DNA of 64,000 nt from Vulcanimicrobiota bacterium. GTDB taxonomy: Bacteria > Vulcanimicrobiota > Vulcanimicrobiia > Vulcanimicrobiales > Vulcanimicrobiaceae. The notes under the pieces are model-generated. The model searched no databases. It was given only the letters and a program-made list of their open reading frames with translations, and was not told the DNA's origin. Every line of letters starts with the position of its first letter. Positions within the stretch are counted from its first letter, which is position 1. Shown here one piece after another: positions 41,727 through 51,742 of the stretch. Where the stretch lies: the NCBI GenBank assembly GCA_963714015.1, contig OY970223.1, positions 1,632,001 through 1,696,000 on the forward strand, in the 5' to 3' direction. Both the position numbers and the translations under genes were made by a program.

Positions 41727-43688
41727 ATGAAAGTAACGAGCATCGCAGCGGCCCTCGGCCTCGGCAGTTTATGTGTATTAACAGCTTCCGCTCAAACGCA
41801 ACCTTCGATGGCGCAGGTATTGCAGGCGACGTTTTCGATCACGGGCTACGGCGGGGTTGCGATTTCGCCGCGGGGCGACGAAGTCGCGTATGCCGTTACG
41901 ACGCGCCCCGGCGGATTGAAGGATCCCATGCCGCAGACTGCTCTCTACGTTCAGCGAGGAACGAGCGCTCCGGTACGTCTGACGGCCGGCGACGGTACCA
42001 AGTTCTTCGAAGAAAGGGACGCGCAATTCTCACCCGACGGTTCCCGCATCGCCTTCGTCTCCAATGCCGGCGATAAAGACCAAGAACAAGTTTACGTGGC
42101 GCGCAGCGATGCATCTGCGGTTCGGCCGCTGACCCATTTGACCGGCGCCGTCGCGACGCTGCGCTGGTCGCCCGACGGCAAATATCTTGCGATCCTTTCG
42201 ATTCCGCATCCGCATCGCAGCGCAGGCGCTCTCGCTGCAGGCGCGCGCCAAGTCGGCGTGATCGGATCGGTCGTCGACGAACAGCAATTGGCGCTCGTCG
42301 ATACGTCCACGGGCTCCATACGAGAACTGACGCCGTCGAATGCGTACGTTTACGAGTATGGCTGGGCTCCGGACTCGAGACGATTGGCCTATACCTATGC
42401 GTACGGCAGCGGGGACAACAACTGGTGGATTGCGCGTCTTGCCACAATCGACACGACCGGGCACGCGCGCGACCTGCTTAGGCCCAGTTTCCAAATAAAC
42501 GACCCGGTGTGGTCGCCGGATGGACGCAGCATCGCCGTTATCGGCGGCACGATGAGCGACTTCGGCTCCGTCGGCGGCGACGTGTACCTAGTCGATCCGA
42601 ACACCGGACATGCGCGTGATATCACGCCGGGCATGCCGCTCAATGCCGCGGCACTTCATTGGACGGGCCCCTCGCAGCTGCTCATGAGCGCACACGATCT
42701 CGGTTCACTCATGCTGTTTCGATTGAACGCCAAAACAGGCGGCCGGGAAGCCATAGGATATAACGGCGAAACGATCTTCAATTGGGACGCGACGCCGGAC
42801 GGTTCCCGTCTAGCGTTCGTGCGCACGTCGTTCTCGCGCGCGCCCGAGGTGTGGATGGGCGCACCCGGTGCGGCAAAGCCAATCACGCAAGGAAACGCGA
42901 GCGCTCCGCGCTTTTGGAGCAAGGCGGTCTCGCTTCGCTGGCAAGACGGTGCGTATCGTCCGCAAGGCTGGCTCGTTTATCCGCTCGATTTTCGTGCCGG
43001 CAAACGCTATCCGATGATCGCGATCGTGCATGGCGGCCCCAGCGCCGAGAGCTTGCCGGGTTACACGAATACGACGATTGCAGCGCTCACGAGTCACGGC
43101 TACTTCGTGTTCGAGCCCAATCCTCGCGGCAGCTACGGACAAGGCGAGGCGTTTACGAAGGCAAACGTCAAGGATTTCGGATACGGCGACTGGCACGACG
43201 ATCTCAGCGGCGTCAACGCCGCAATTGCGCATGCGCCGATCGATCCGCAGCGTCTTGGCATGTGGGGCTGGAGTTACGGCGGCTACATGGGCATGTGGGC
43301 CGAAACCCAGACCCGGCGCTTTAAAGCGATCGTCGCCGGCGCTGGAGTCGCGGACTGGCTCTCCTACTATGGCCAGAACGATATCGACCAGTGGATGATC
43401 CCGTTCTTCGGCGCCTCGGTCTACGACGACCCGCAAGTTTACGCCAAGAGTTCGCCCATTACGTTCGTCAAAAACTCGCATACACCGATACTGATGCTGC
43501 AAGGGGAGCGCGACGAGGAGGTCCCCGCACCGCAATCGTTCGAGTTCTATCACGCGATGCAGACGTTGGGCGTGCCCTCGCGCCTAGTGGTCTATGCCGA
43601 TGAGGGCCACAGTCCGCGCAAGCCCGCCGATCAAATCGACATCTTGGAACGCACGGCGGACTGGTTCGACCACTACCTCTCCTCATAG
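41727..43688 (+). CDS. S9 (acylaminoacyl/dipeptidyl) peptidase, secreted
   Basis: PD40 repeats; HGGP, GWSYGG, GERDEEV, EGH. Confidence 0.93.
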   Translation: MKVTSIAAALGLGSLCVLTASAQTQPSMAQVLQATFSITGYGGVAISPRGDEVAYAVTTRPGGLKDPMPQTALYVQRGTSAPVRLTAGDGTKFFEERDAQFSPDGSRIAFVSNAGDKDQEQVYVARSDASAVRPLTHLTGAVATLRWSPDGKYLAILSIPHPHRSAGALAAGARQVGVIGSVVDEQQLALVDTSTGSIRELTPSNAYVYEYGWAPDSRRLAYTYAYGSGDNNWWIARLATIDTTGHARDLLRPSFQINDPVWSPDGRSIAVIGGTMSDFGSVGGDVYLVDPNTGHARDITPGMPLNAAALHWTGPSQLLMSAHDLGSLMLFRLNAKTGGREAIGYNGETIFNWDATPDGSRLAFVRTSFSRAPEVWMGAPGAAKPITQGNASAPRFWSKAVSLRWQDGAYRPQGWLVYPLDFRAGKRYPMIAIVHGGPSAESLPGYTNTTIAALTSHGYFVFEPNPRGSYGQGEAFTKANVKDFGYGDWHDDLSGVNAAIAHAPIDPQRLGMWGWSYGGYMGMWAETQTRRFKAIVAGAGVADWLSYYGQNDIDQWMIPFFGASVYDDPQVYAKSSPITFVKNSHTPILMLQGERDEEVPAPQSFEFYHAMQTLGVPSRLVVYADEGHSPRKPADQIDILERTADWFDHYLSS

Positions 43689-43733
43689 ACACGGTGCCCT
43701 GCACCGCTGCGGCATAATGGGTCCATTGGCTCA

Positions 43734-43796
43734 TTGACAGTACCACTGAGGAGTGGTTTAGTCAATCGCATAAACGGTTTAGTCACTTGACTAAAC
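43734..43796 (+). promoter_or_regulatory. Promoter with tandem TetR-type operators
   Basis: TTGACA at 43734; GTTTAGTCA-ct-TGACTAAAC (43777-43796) and a degenerate copy (43756-43775). Confidence 0.8.
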
Positions 43797-43820
43797 GCTC
43801 AGTCTGTAGTGGAGATTGTT

Positions 43821-44480
43821 ATGACGACAACGACAACGCGCGCCGGCGAGACGCCAAAGCCGTCGGCGGCCGGTTACGTTCTTCAGGGAACCCTGCTGGA
43901 AGCATGCTCGTGCAACGTGCTGTGCCCGTGCTGGATCGGTGAGGATCCCGACAACGGGACATGCGAGGCGTTAAACGCGTACCACCTCGATAAGGGCACG
44001 ATCAACGGCATCGACGTCAGCGGCCTCTCGTTTGTGAACGTGGTGAACATTCCCGGAAACGTTTTGACGCCGAAATCGTGGAAGGTCTTGATGCTGGTCG
44101 ACGAACGCGCTACCGACGAACAGTTGCAGGCACTGGTCGACGCATACTCGGGCAAGCTGGGTGGACCGCTTGCCGACCTTGCCGGCCTGGTCGGTGAAGT
44201 TCTTGCGGTCGAACGCGTTCCGATTCAACACGATGTGCGCGAAGGCAAAGGGACCCTCCGCATAGGCGATATGGCCGAAGCCGAAATGCAGCCGTACAAA
44301 AGCGCCCAAGGCGTCGTCACGACCCTGCGCGATTCGATCTTCTCAACGATACCCGGATCGCCCGCATACGTTTCGAAAGCGACGTACAACCGCGTCGACA
44401 TCCCCAAATACCACCTGCATTGGCAATTTGAAAACCGCAACGCGATTCAAGGCGATTACACCATCACTTACCAGGGCTGA
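43821..44480 (+). CDS. DUF1326 family protein
   Basis: LEACSCNVLCPCW..PD.G.C. Confidence 0.88.
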   Translation: MTTTTTRAGETPKPSAAGYVLQGTLLEACSCNVLCPCWIGEDPDNGTCEALNAYHLDKGTINGIDVSGLSFVNVVNIPGNVLTPKSWKVLMLVDERATDEQLQALVDAYSGKLGGPLADLAGLVGEVLAVERVPIQHDVREGKGTLRIGDMAEAEMQPYKSAQGVVTTLRDSIFSTIPGSPAYVSKATYNRVDIPKYHLHWQFENRNAIQGDYTITYQG

Positions 44481-44485
44481 CATCG

Positions 44486-45238
44486 ATGGTTATCTCCAGA
44501 CCGCTATTGCGCGTTCCCCCGGCGATCGCTATTGCGATCGCCGCTGCGTGGGGACTCGCGCTGCTCGCGCAGCTCACCGGTTCCACCGCGCTGCTGCATC
44601 ACGATCGCCTAATCGAAGGCGGCATTCCGCTCTGGATTGCCGCGGTCGTGTTTCTGGTAACGTGGCAGGCAATGATCGCCGCGATGATGCTGCCTTCGAG
44701 CCTGCCGCTGATCCGTTTGTTTACGATTGCCTCGGCAAATCAGCCGCGCCCCGCGCAGGTTCAGCTGGTTTTTCTTATGGGGTACGCCGCGGTATGGACG
44801 CTCTTCGGCATCGGCGCGTTCGGCGGTGATCTCACCCTTCACCGCCTCGTCGACAGCACGCCGTGGATCGCGGCGCGCGCCGCATTCATTCCTGCGGCCA
44901 TCCTGCTGCTCGTCGGGGCGTTCCAATTCTCCGCGCTCAAGGATCGCTGCTTGAAAAAGTGCCGGCTTCCGTCAAACTTTCTCGTGCAGCATTACAAACG
45001 CGGATTGCGAGCGGCGTTTTCCATTGGTGCTCGCCATGGGGCGTTCTGCGTCGGCTGCTGCTGGGCGCTCATGTTGCTTGGATTTGCGGCGGGAAGCGCG
45101 AATCTAGCGTGGATGGCGCTCTTGACCGCGATCATGGTTTACGAAAAAACCGGACGCTACGGTCAGGGGGCGTCGCGGGTCTTCGGCGTCGTATTTCTCG
45201 CGTGGGGAGGCGCCATGCTCGTGCACGCAGCCGGATAA
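44486..45238 (+). CDS. DUF2182 predicted metal-binding membrane protein
   Basis: AMMLPS, KDRCLKKCR, CVGCCWALM. Confidence 0.9.
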   Translation: MVISRPLLRVPPAIAIAIAAAWGLALLAQLTGSTALLHHDRLIEGGIPLWIAAVVFLVTWQAMIAAMMLPSSLPLIRLFTIASANQPRPAQVQLVFLMGYAAVWTLFGIGAFGGDLTLHRLVDSTPWIAARAAFIPAAILLLVGAFQFSALKDRCLKKCRLPSNFLVQHYKRGLRAAFSIGARHGAFCVGCCWALMLLGFAAGSANLAWMALLTAIMVYEKTGRYGQGASRVFGVVFLAWGGAMLVHAAG

Positions 45239-45251
45239 AAAGGAGAATCAC

Positions 45252-45866
45252 ATCGCCCTAGCCGACCGTCGCCGTCAACTCGTCGCCGCGGCCCGAGAAC
45301 AAACCGTAGAGGCGTTCCTCGATGCCGCGGAACGCCTGCTCATTACCAATGGGTACGCGCAAATCAGCACACGGAAGCTCGCGGAAGAGGCGGGGGCTAA
45401 CCACGGATTGATTCATTACTACTTCGGATCGATGGAAGAAGTCTTTCTGCAAGTCGTGGAGCGATTCACCGAGCGCATTCACCGGCGCCAGCGCGCGATG
45501 TATCTTTCCGAGGGACCGTTCATCGACAAATGGCGCAAAGCCATGAATTACATCGACGAAGACCTGGAAGCCGGTTATCCGAAGGTATGGTTCGAACTCG
45601 AAGCGATGGCGTGGAATCATCCCGAAATGCGTCAGCGGCTGGCAAAAGTGCACCGGGCGTGGCGCGAACTCTTGAGTGAGGCGATCGGTCTGGCAATGAA
45701 AGGCTACGGCATAGACACCCGGCGCTATCCGGTCAGCGCCCTTACGGCGCTGGTCCAAACCTTCAACTTGGGAATCCTCTTCGAGCGGCTCATCGGCGTG
45801 CGCGACGGGCACGATTCGTTGCTGCGCACGATCGACCGCTTACTGCAGGCGTTCGAGAAGGGCTGA
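45252..45866 (+). CDS. TetR regulator (ATC start proposed)
   Basis: ISTRKLAEEAGANHGLIHYYFGS HTH lies mostly upstream of the first canonical start. Confidence 0.88.
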   Translation: MALADRRRQLVAAAREQTVEAFLDAAERLLITNGYAQISTRKLAEEAGANHGLIHYYFGSMEEVFLQVVERFTERIHRRQRAMYLSEGPFIDKWRKAMNYIDEDLEAGYPKVWFELEAMAWNHPEMRQRLAKVHRAWRELLSEAIGLAMKGYGIDTRRYPVSALTALVQTFNLGILFERLIGVRDGHDSLLRTIDRLLQAFEKG

Positions 45867-45868
45867 AG

Positions 45869-47962
45869 ATGCGAGCGGTGCAGCCGCTGTACTCCGGTGA
45901 CGTCGACCGTGACGGCGTCAGGCTGCACTACGAAGTCTTTGGAAACGCGCCGCAAAGCGTGTTGCTGCTGCCGACATGGTCGATCATTCACTCCCGCTTT
46001 TGGAAAGCGCAGGTTCCGTATCTGTCGCGCCATTTTCGCGTGGTCACGTTCGACGGGCGCGGAAACGGACTGTCGGATCGCCCTTCAGACGCGCGAGCCT
46101 ATGCCGACGCGGAATTCTTGCGTGACGCGATCGCCGTCATGGACGCGACGAATACCGCGTCTGCCGTGGTCGTCGGCTTCTCATCGGGCGCCCGGTGGGC
46201 GCTGATCCTTGCCGCGGAGTATGCGCAGCGCGTCGACCGTGCGGTCTTCATCGCGCCCGCAATTCCGCTGGCGCAGCCTTTCGCCGAACGCGCGGCGGCA
46301 ATCGCGTCATTCCAGAGGAAACGCCCGCGATCCGAAGGCTGGCAGAAGTTCAACGCGCACTATTGGCTCGAACACTATGAAGAGTTCTTGGAATTCTTTT
46401 TCGGCAAGGTCTTCAGCGAACCGCACTCGACTAAACAGATCGAGGACTGCGTCGGATGGGGGCTCGATACGGATCCGCGGACGCTGATCGCCACCCACGA
46501 TGCTCCGGGTTTAACGGCAGAAGAAGCAAAGGCGTTGTGCCGGCGCGTCCAGTGCCCCGTCCTCGTCATCCATGGCGACCGCGATGAAGTTGCGCCGATC
46601 GATCGAGGCCGAGCAGTGGCCCGCCAAACGGGCGGCGAGATGCTGACCCTGCCGAAGTCGGGACACGCACCGCACGCACGAATTCCGGTCAAAGTGAACC
46701 TTGCACTTCGCGGCTTCATCGAAAAAGACGAAACCCCCATGGCGCACCCTCATCGATCGAGGCGCAAGCGCGCGCTCTACATCTCTTCGCCGATCGGGCT
46801 GGGCCACGCTCAGCGGGACGTGGCTATCGCGCGGGAATTGCGCAAGCGGCATCCCGATTTACAGATCGATTGGCTCGCGCAGCACCCCGTTACCGCCGTG
46901 CTCCAGCACTTCGGCGAACGGATCCACCCGGCTAGCGCGCTCCTTGCCAACGAGGCGGGCCACATAGAGAGCGAAGCCGCCGAACACGATCTCCATTGCT
47001 TTCAAGCCCTTCGGGATATGGACGAAATTCTGATCGCCAATTTCATGGTGTTCCACGATGTCGTGCGCAGCGAGCGATACGATCTGTGGATCGGCGACGA
47101 GGCGTGGGAACTCGATTACTTTTTGCACGAAAACCCGGACCAGAAATCGGCGCCGTACGTCTGGATGACGGACTTCGTCGGATGGCTTCCAATGCCCGAT
47201 GGCGGCGAGCGGGAAGCTTTCGTTGCAGCCGACTACAACGAAGAGATGATCGGGCATGTCGCGGAGCACCCCAACCTGCGCGACCTGGCAATCTTCGTCG
47301 GTAACCCCAGCGATATCGTAGCGGATCGATTCGGCAAAAATTTGCCGGCAATCAGAGACTGGACGATCGGGAATTACTCCTTTGCCGGATATGTCACGGG
47401 GTTCGATCCGCGAGCGCTTCCGGGCCGCGAGGCTGCTCGGGCCGCCCTTGGTTGGCATCAGGACGAGAAGGTCTGCATTGTCAGTGCCGGCGGCTCAGGA
47501 GTCGGCACGGCGTTGCTCTCGCGCGTCATGCAAGCGTACCCATACGTAAAACGCGCACTTCCCGAATTTCGGATGCTCGTTGTCGCCGGGCCGCGCATTG
47601 ACCTCGGAACGTTACCATCGGTGCCCGGCGTCGAACTTCGGGCCTTCATCCCCGAACTGTACCGAATGCTGGCGGCCTGCGATGTTGCCGTCGTTCAGGG
47701 TGGACTTACGACCACGATGGAGTTGACCGCGGCGAAAATCCCGTTCATTTACTTCCCATTGCGACATCACTTCGAGCAGAACTTTCACGTTCGTCATAGG
47801 CTAAACCAATATGGCGCCGGACGATGCATGGAGTACGAAACGTCGTTACCGCAAGACATTGCCGAAGCGATCGAGCAGGAGATATCGCATCCAGCCCGTT
47901 GGATGGACGTCGAAACGGACGGCGCTTCACGGGCGGCGTCTCTTATCGCATCCCTTCTGTGA
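45869..47962 (+). CDS. Alpha/beta hydrolase fused to GT-B glycosyltransferase
   Basis: GFSSG, HGDRD, GH triad; GLGHAQRD, QGGLTTTMEL, HFEQ. Confidence 0.88.
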   Translation: MRAVQPLYSGDVDRDGVRLHYEVFGNAPQSVLLLPTWSIIHSRFWKAQVPYLSRHFRVVTFDGRGNGLSDRPSDARAYADAEFLRDAIAVMDATNTASAVVVGFSSGARWALILAAEYAQRVDRAVFIAPAIPLAQPFAERAAAIASFQRKRPRSEGWQKFNAHYWLEHYEEFLEFFFGKVFSEPHSTKQIEDCVGWGLDTDPRTLIATHDAPGLTAEEAKALCRRVQCPVLVIHGDRDEVAPIDRGRAVARQTGGEMLTLPKSGHAPHARIPVKVNLALRGFIEKDETPMAHPHRSRRKRALYISSPIGLGHAQRDVAIARELRKRHPDLQIDWLAQHPVTAVLQHFGERIHPASALLANEAGHIESEAAEHDLHCFQALRDMDEILIANFMVFHDVVRSERYDLWIGDEAWELDYFLHENPDQKSAPYVWMTDFVGWLPMPDGGEREAFVAADYNEEMIGHVAEHPNLRDLAIFVGNPSDIVADRFGKNLPAIRDWTIGNYSFAGYVTGFDPRALPGREAARAALGWHQDEKVCIVSAGGSGVGTALLSRVMQAYPYVKRALPEFRMLVVAGPRIDLGTLPSVPGVELRAFIPELYRMLAACDVAVVQGGLTTTMELTAAKIPFIYFPLRHHFEQNFHVRHRLNQYGAGRCMEYETSLPQDIAEAIEQEISHPARWMDVETDGASRAASLIASLL

Positions 47963-48021
47963 AACGGAAAAGTTCGGACGCGCTGCGCATCCGCGCGTAG
48001 TTTTGCCCCTAGTGTGGGGAA

Positions 48022-49668
48022 CTACGCACAGTCCTGAGAGGCTTGAGCCAAAACGCAACGATCGCGTCCGGCGCGCTTGGCCGCATATAAGGCACGATCG
48101 GCGCGAGCGATAATGTGTCCAACCGCCTCGGACGGTTCGGCGATGGCAATGCCGAGGCTCACGGTCGTCTCTATGCGGCTGTCGACCGTAATGCGAATGC
48201 GTTCCGCAATTGCCAACGCGTCCGCCGATGCCGGTTCGGAGAGGAGCATCAAGAACTCGTCGCCTCCGTATCGCGCCACTACGTCGCTTTCACGGGAATA
48301 TTCTTTCAGGATGCCGGCAACGGCCCGAAGCACCTCGTCCCCGCGCAAGTGCCCGTGATTATCGTTGACCAGTTTGAAACAATCGATGTCCAGCATCATG
48401 GCGATGCCGAATCGCCCGCTCCTGCCCGTGGCGGCGTAGGTTTCCAAACCCGAACGGTTGAGCACGCCTGTCAAACCGTCGGTGTTCGCGGCGTACTGGG
48501 TGGCGGCTATTTCGTTCAGATTGCGGATGACCGGTGTGAGATCGTCTGCAAGCGATTGAAAATCCGGACGGGCGATGGGCTCGGAAAGTTCATGGTTCCG
48601 GTAGATCAGCAGCGTTCCAAGCAGGACGGCGTTGCTGCGAATGGGATACGCCGCCCATGCATCTCCGGATTCGCACCGCAGCTCCGGATGCTCGCGCAAT
48701 CGCAGGAGCGCAGCTTCGATGCTTGTAGCCACTGTATCGGAAAGTTCGAGCGGACCTGACTGTTCGATCAGTTCGAACCCGCGGCCGCGGCTCGGCGTCG
48801 ATACCACGATTGCCAGAGTCTCGTCGAAGAGATCGGATTGCACGCTCATCAGCAAGTCGCGGACGTACGGACGCGCGTCACCCTTTGCGAGCACCGCTTC
48901 GTACGCGAGCCGGCATTTCGAGATGCGAATGTATTCGATGCCATGGCGGTGCTCGCGCCGAAGAAACATCGCTATCAGCGGGAGCGGTAAGAAGATGCCG
49001 ATTGCCAACAGCGGCTGAGCATCGCGATAGACCTCGACGGCGGCATATCCCCAGAGCCACTGCACAGCGACGACGCCCCACAAAAAGACGTCCGATATTT
49101 GCGCTCGCCAGAGCCGCGTGATGCGTTGGCCCGTTCTCAGTGCGACGAGGCTATCAAACCACGCAAAGACGTAAGCTGCGTGCAGTGCGAGCATGAGAAC
49201 GAAGAAAGCCGCCAACCCTTCGAACGAATACCGGAGGTACACGCCTCCGAATGCGGGGCGAAAAAAGCCCGCTAGATACCAGAAAACCACGCCCGGCGCA
49301 GTTCGGAGCAGACGTTCCAGCGGCGTATATTTCAGACGAAGGTTCAGCAGAAACATCGAGCCCGCGACGTGCAAAATTGCCGCGGCGTACCAGCCGAACG
49401 TAACGAACGCGAATGCGAAGATCGCGCCGTCCAACACGAAACTGCCCAGGTCCGTCGCGCGCCGCCCGAAATTGTGCAGCGCCAGCAGCGGAATGTGCAG
49501 TTGCGAGAGCGCGAAGACCAGGACGGCCAGAGCGCCGAATGTGAACAGTTGGACGGAGTCGACGCCGCGAACGGCGGCCGGTGCATGCAATACGAAAAGC
49601 GCGACCGCAAAAACTACGCACGCGGCGCGAACGAGGCGGTCGGCCGTTGTGCGCAGTCGCTTCGCCAC
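48022..49668 (-). CDS. Membrane diguanylate cyclase
   Basis: TM region, DGLTG, DIDCFK, RYGGDEF. Confidence 0.92.
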   Translation of the reverse strand: MAKRLRTTADRLVRAACVVFAVALFVLHAPAAVRGVDSVQLFTFGALAVLVFALSQLHIPLLALHNFGRRATDLGSFVLDGAIFAFAFVTFGWYAAAILHVAGSMFLLNLRLKYTPLERLLRTAPGVVFWYLAGFFRPAFGGVYLRYSFEGLAAFFVLMLALHAAYVFAWFDSLVALRTGQRITRLWRAQISDVFLWGVVAVQWLWGYAAVEVYRDAQPLLAIGIFLPLPLIAMFLRREHRHGIEYIRISKCRLAYEAVLAKGDARPYVRDLLMSVQSDLFDETLAIVVSTPSRGRGFELIEQSGPLELSDTVATSIEAALLRLREHPELRCESGDAWAAYPIRSNAVLLGTLLIYRNHELSEPIARPDFQSLADDLTPVIRNLNEIAATQYAANTDGLTGVLNRSGLETYAATGRSGRFGIAMMLDIDCFKLVNDNHGHLRGDEVLRAVAGILKEYSRESDVVARYGGDEFLMLLSEPASADALAIAERIRITVDSRIETTVSLGIAIAEPSEAVGHIIARADRALYAAKRAGRDRCVLAQASQDCA

Positions 49669-49787
49669 AGTGGAGGCTACGACGGGCGCAGCCCGCGGCC
49701 TTCCGATTCGGCAATTCGATCCGAAAGATTAACCGAATTGCGGCCGCACTCTATCGAAATCGCGCGGCTCCGTTTCCTCCAATGACG

Positions 49788-50675
49788 TCAATAAGGAAAG
49801 TTTCCGCTGAGATCGCTGACCTCGTAGGGCCCGATGGGCAAGAGAGCTTTCACGATACGTCCCTCGTGCGTCTTGAAGAGTAATAGTGCAGCATCGACGG
49901 GCGCGAACTGCGTTCCGGCGTTTCGCCATTGACTCGCGGCTATCGACGTAAACGCTTGCACTGATACCGAAGGCAAAAGCACTCCGCCGTACGGCGTATG
50001 CCAAAGCTCGGTGGTGCCGGGTGCCGTCGCCAGCGGCGACTGATAGCACGGATCGAGCAGTTCCAGCTGATTTGCCGGCGCCGTGTCGTACAAGTCGCCG
50101 CTGCTCCAGTTCGCCTCATCTTGCATCAGCGCAAACCGGTCGGGGTCGAATGCCCACGCCGGCTCGAATCTAAAGTCGCAACCAAAAGACAAAGAGTGGT
50201 AATGATATGCGGTGATCGCGGCAGTGATATTCGTACCAGCGATCTTTGCGGCGATCGTCGATGTGCCGTAAGCATTGCCGGTCTGGACAAACGTTTCATT
50301 GGGAGGCGCCGTCGGCGCAGGATCGCCCGGAAGGCTTCCCGTGAACGGCTGCTGCTGTTCGAGCGGCAACGCCGCACTGTTGGATGACGTCCACGTTACC
50401 GTGCCTGCAGAGCCGGCAGGGGAAAAGGTTACACCAAGTATGTAACTCGATGCCCCGAAATCCAGGAATTGCTGATCGTAAAGAACGAGCGGCGCAGCCC
50501 CAACGCTCGGCGCTGAAAAGGAGCCGAACGCCGCCGCATACTCAATGGCGGCGCTCCGCGGCAGCGGCGGTGATCCCGCGGCGCCTGTGCATCCGGCTAC
50601 GGCAGCAGTGCCGGCCATGAGCAAAAGCAGTTTTCGCATAGCACTCCCGTACTGACGTTTCAGCTCAGTACGCAT
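49788..50675 (-). CDS. Hypothetical lipoprotein
   Basis: AVAGC lipobox. Confidence 0.7.
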   Translation of the reverse strand: MRTELKRQYGSAMRKLLLLMAGTAAVAGCTGAAGSPPLPRSAAIEYAAAFGSFSAPSVGAAPLVLYDQQFLDFGASSYILGVTFSPAGSAGTVTWTSSNSAALPLEQQQPFTGSLPGDPAPTAPPNETFVQTGNAYGTSTIAAKIAGTNITAAITAYHYHSLSFGCDFRFEPAWAFDPDRFALMQDEANWSSGDLYDTAPANQLELLDPCYQSPLATAPGTTELWHTPYGGVLLPSVSVQAFTSIAASQWRNAGTQFAPVDAALLLFKTHEGRIVKALLPIGPYEVSDLSGNFPY

Positions 50676-50750
50676 CCATATCGCCGGCCGGCGCGGTGTT
50701 TCCTCAGCTCGGTCGGGCCGAGCGCGTAGTCTCGGCCCTATTCTTTTCGA

Positions 50751-51548
50751 CTACGGCGTGCCGTAGCGATCGTGATGCCGCAGCCAAGGCTCCGTTTCAA
50801 AACTTTCGTTGCGGCCGCGGGGTGCGCGGTCGAGCCACTGGTACATGTTCCACAAACCGTCCAGCCCGCGCGCGAAAGCGGAGTAGGTGTGATAGACGAC
50901 GCCGTTTTCCAGCACGAAAGCGCTCACACCCGGGGCTTCCCGGCCATACGTCGGTCGATCGACTCCGGCCATCGCCGCAAAACGCGTGGACCACTTATGT
51001 TCGTTTTCAGCGTCTTGTCCAACGGCGGGAGCGGGCGCAGCCTCTTCCCGCCGGAAGTTGTAGACGACGTCGCCTGAGCGCTCCTGATCTTCCGTGTACG
51101 AGACGTTGAATTGAAAATTGAAGTCGCTGTCCGAAGAGGAAGCCCACGGGAAGCTCCAGCCCATGCGTCTCTTGTATGCCTGAAGTTTCGCTAAGGGTGC
51201 GCGCGAGACCGCGCTGAACGCCACGTCGTGACCCTCCAGATGTGGGACGATGCCGTTGAAGCCGTCCGCGATGGATGAGCAGGATGGGCATCCGGCGCTA
51301 TAATCGGGTCCAAACATGAAGTGGTAAATCAGCAACTGAGAGCGGCCTTTGAACAGGTCCGTCAGCGAAGCCGGACCCGCGTCCGTCTCGAACCGGTAAT
51401 TCTTCTCGATCGGAACCCACGGAAGTTCCATGCGGCGGCGCGCCAGCTCGTCGCTGCGCCGCGTCAGCTCTTTTTCCGACTTCAGCAGCTCCAGCCGAGC
51501 GGCCAACCATTCCTCGCGTGTCGCGGTCTTGGGGTGCGTCATCACCAT
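50751..51548 (-). CDS. DUF899 thioredoxin-like protein
   Basis: EKELTR..RMELPW; YHFMFGP..GCPSCS; HTYS..RG. Confidence 0.92.
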   Translation of the reverse strand: MVMTHPKTATREEWLAARLELLKSEKELTRRSDELARRRMELPWVPIEKNYRFETDAGPASLTDLFKGRSQLLIYHFMFGPDYSAGCPSCSSIADGFNGIVPHLEGHDVAFSAVSRAPLAKLQAYKRRMGWSFPWASSSDSDFNFQFNVSYTEDQERSGDVVYNFRREEAAPAPAVGQDAENEHKWSTRFAAMAGVDRPTYGREAPGVSAFVLENGVVYHTYSAFARGLDGLWNMYQWLDRAPRGRNESFETEPWLRHHDRYGTP

Positions 51549-51586
51549 CCGTTCCTTTCCTCTGTTTGGGGGTAGCGCATACCTCT

Positions 51587-51718
51587 GGTCGAATTGCGGC
51601 ACGGAAAATCGACACCAAGGGCGCGAAAAATCCGGGCGCGCCGGCGACCAGGGGGACGACGGCGGGGATGCATTCTAAACACATGCTTCTGGTCGAATCC
51701 GGACGGTCAAAATCGACA
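51587..51718. promoter_or_regulatory. Two palindromic ECF42-type promoters
   Basis: GGTCGA-N16-TCGACA at 51587-51614 and 51691-51718. Confidence 0.7.
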
Positions 51719-51742
51719 ATAAGGTACAGGAGGACTTATGTA

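Noticed and set aside
47963..48021. c-di-GMP-I riboswitch (GGGCAAAAC on the minus strand)
   Set aside because: Lacks the GAAA tetraloop and GACGCAAAG elements and lies downstream of a gene
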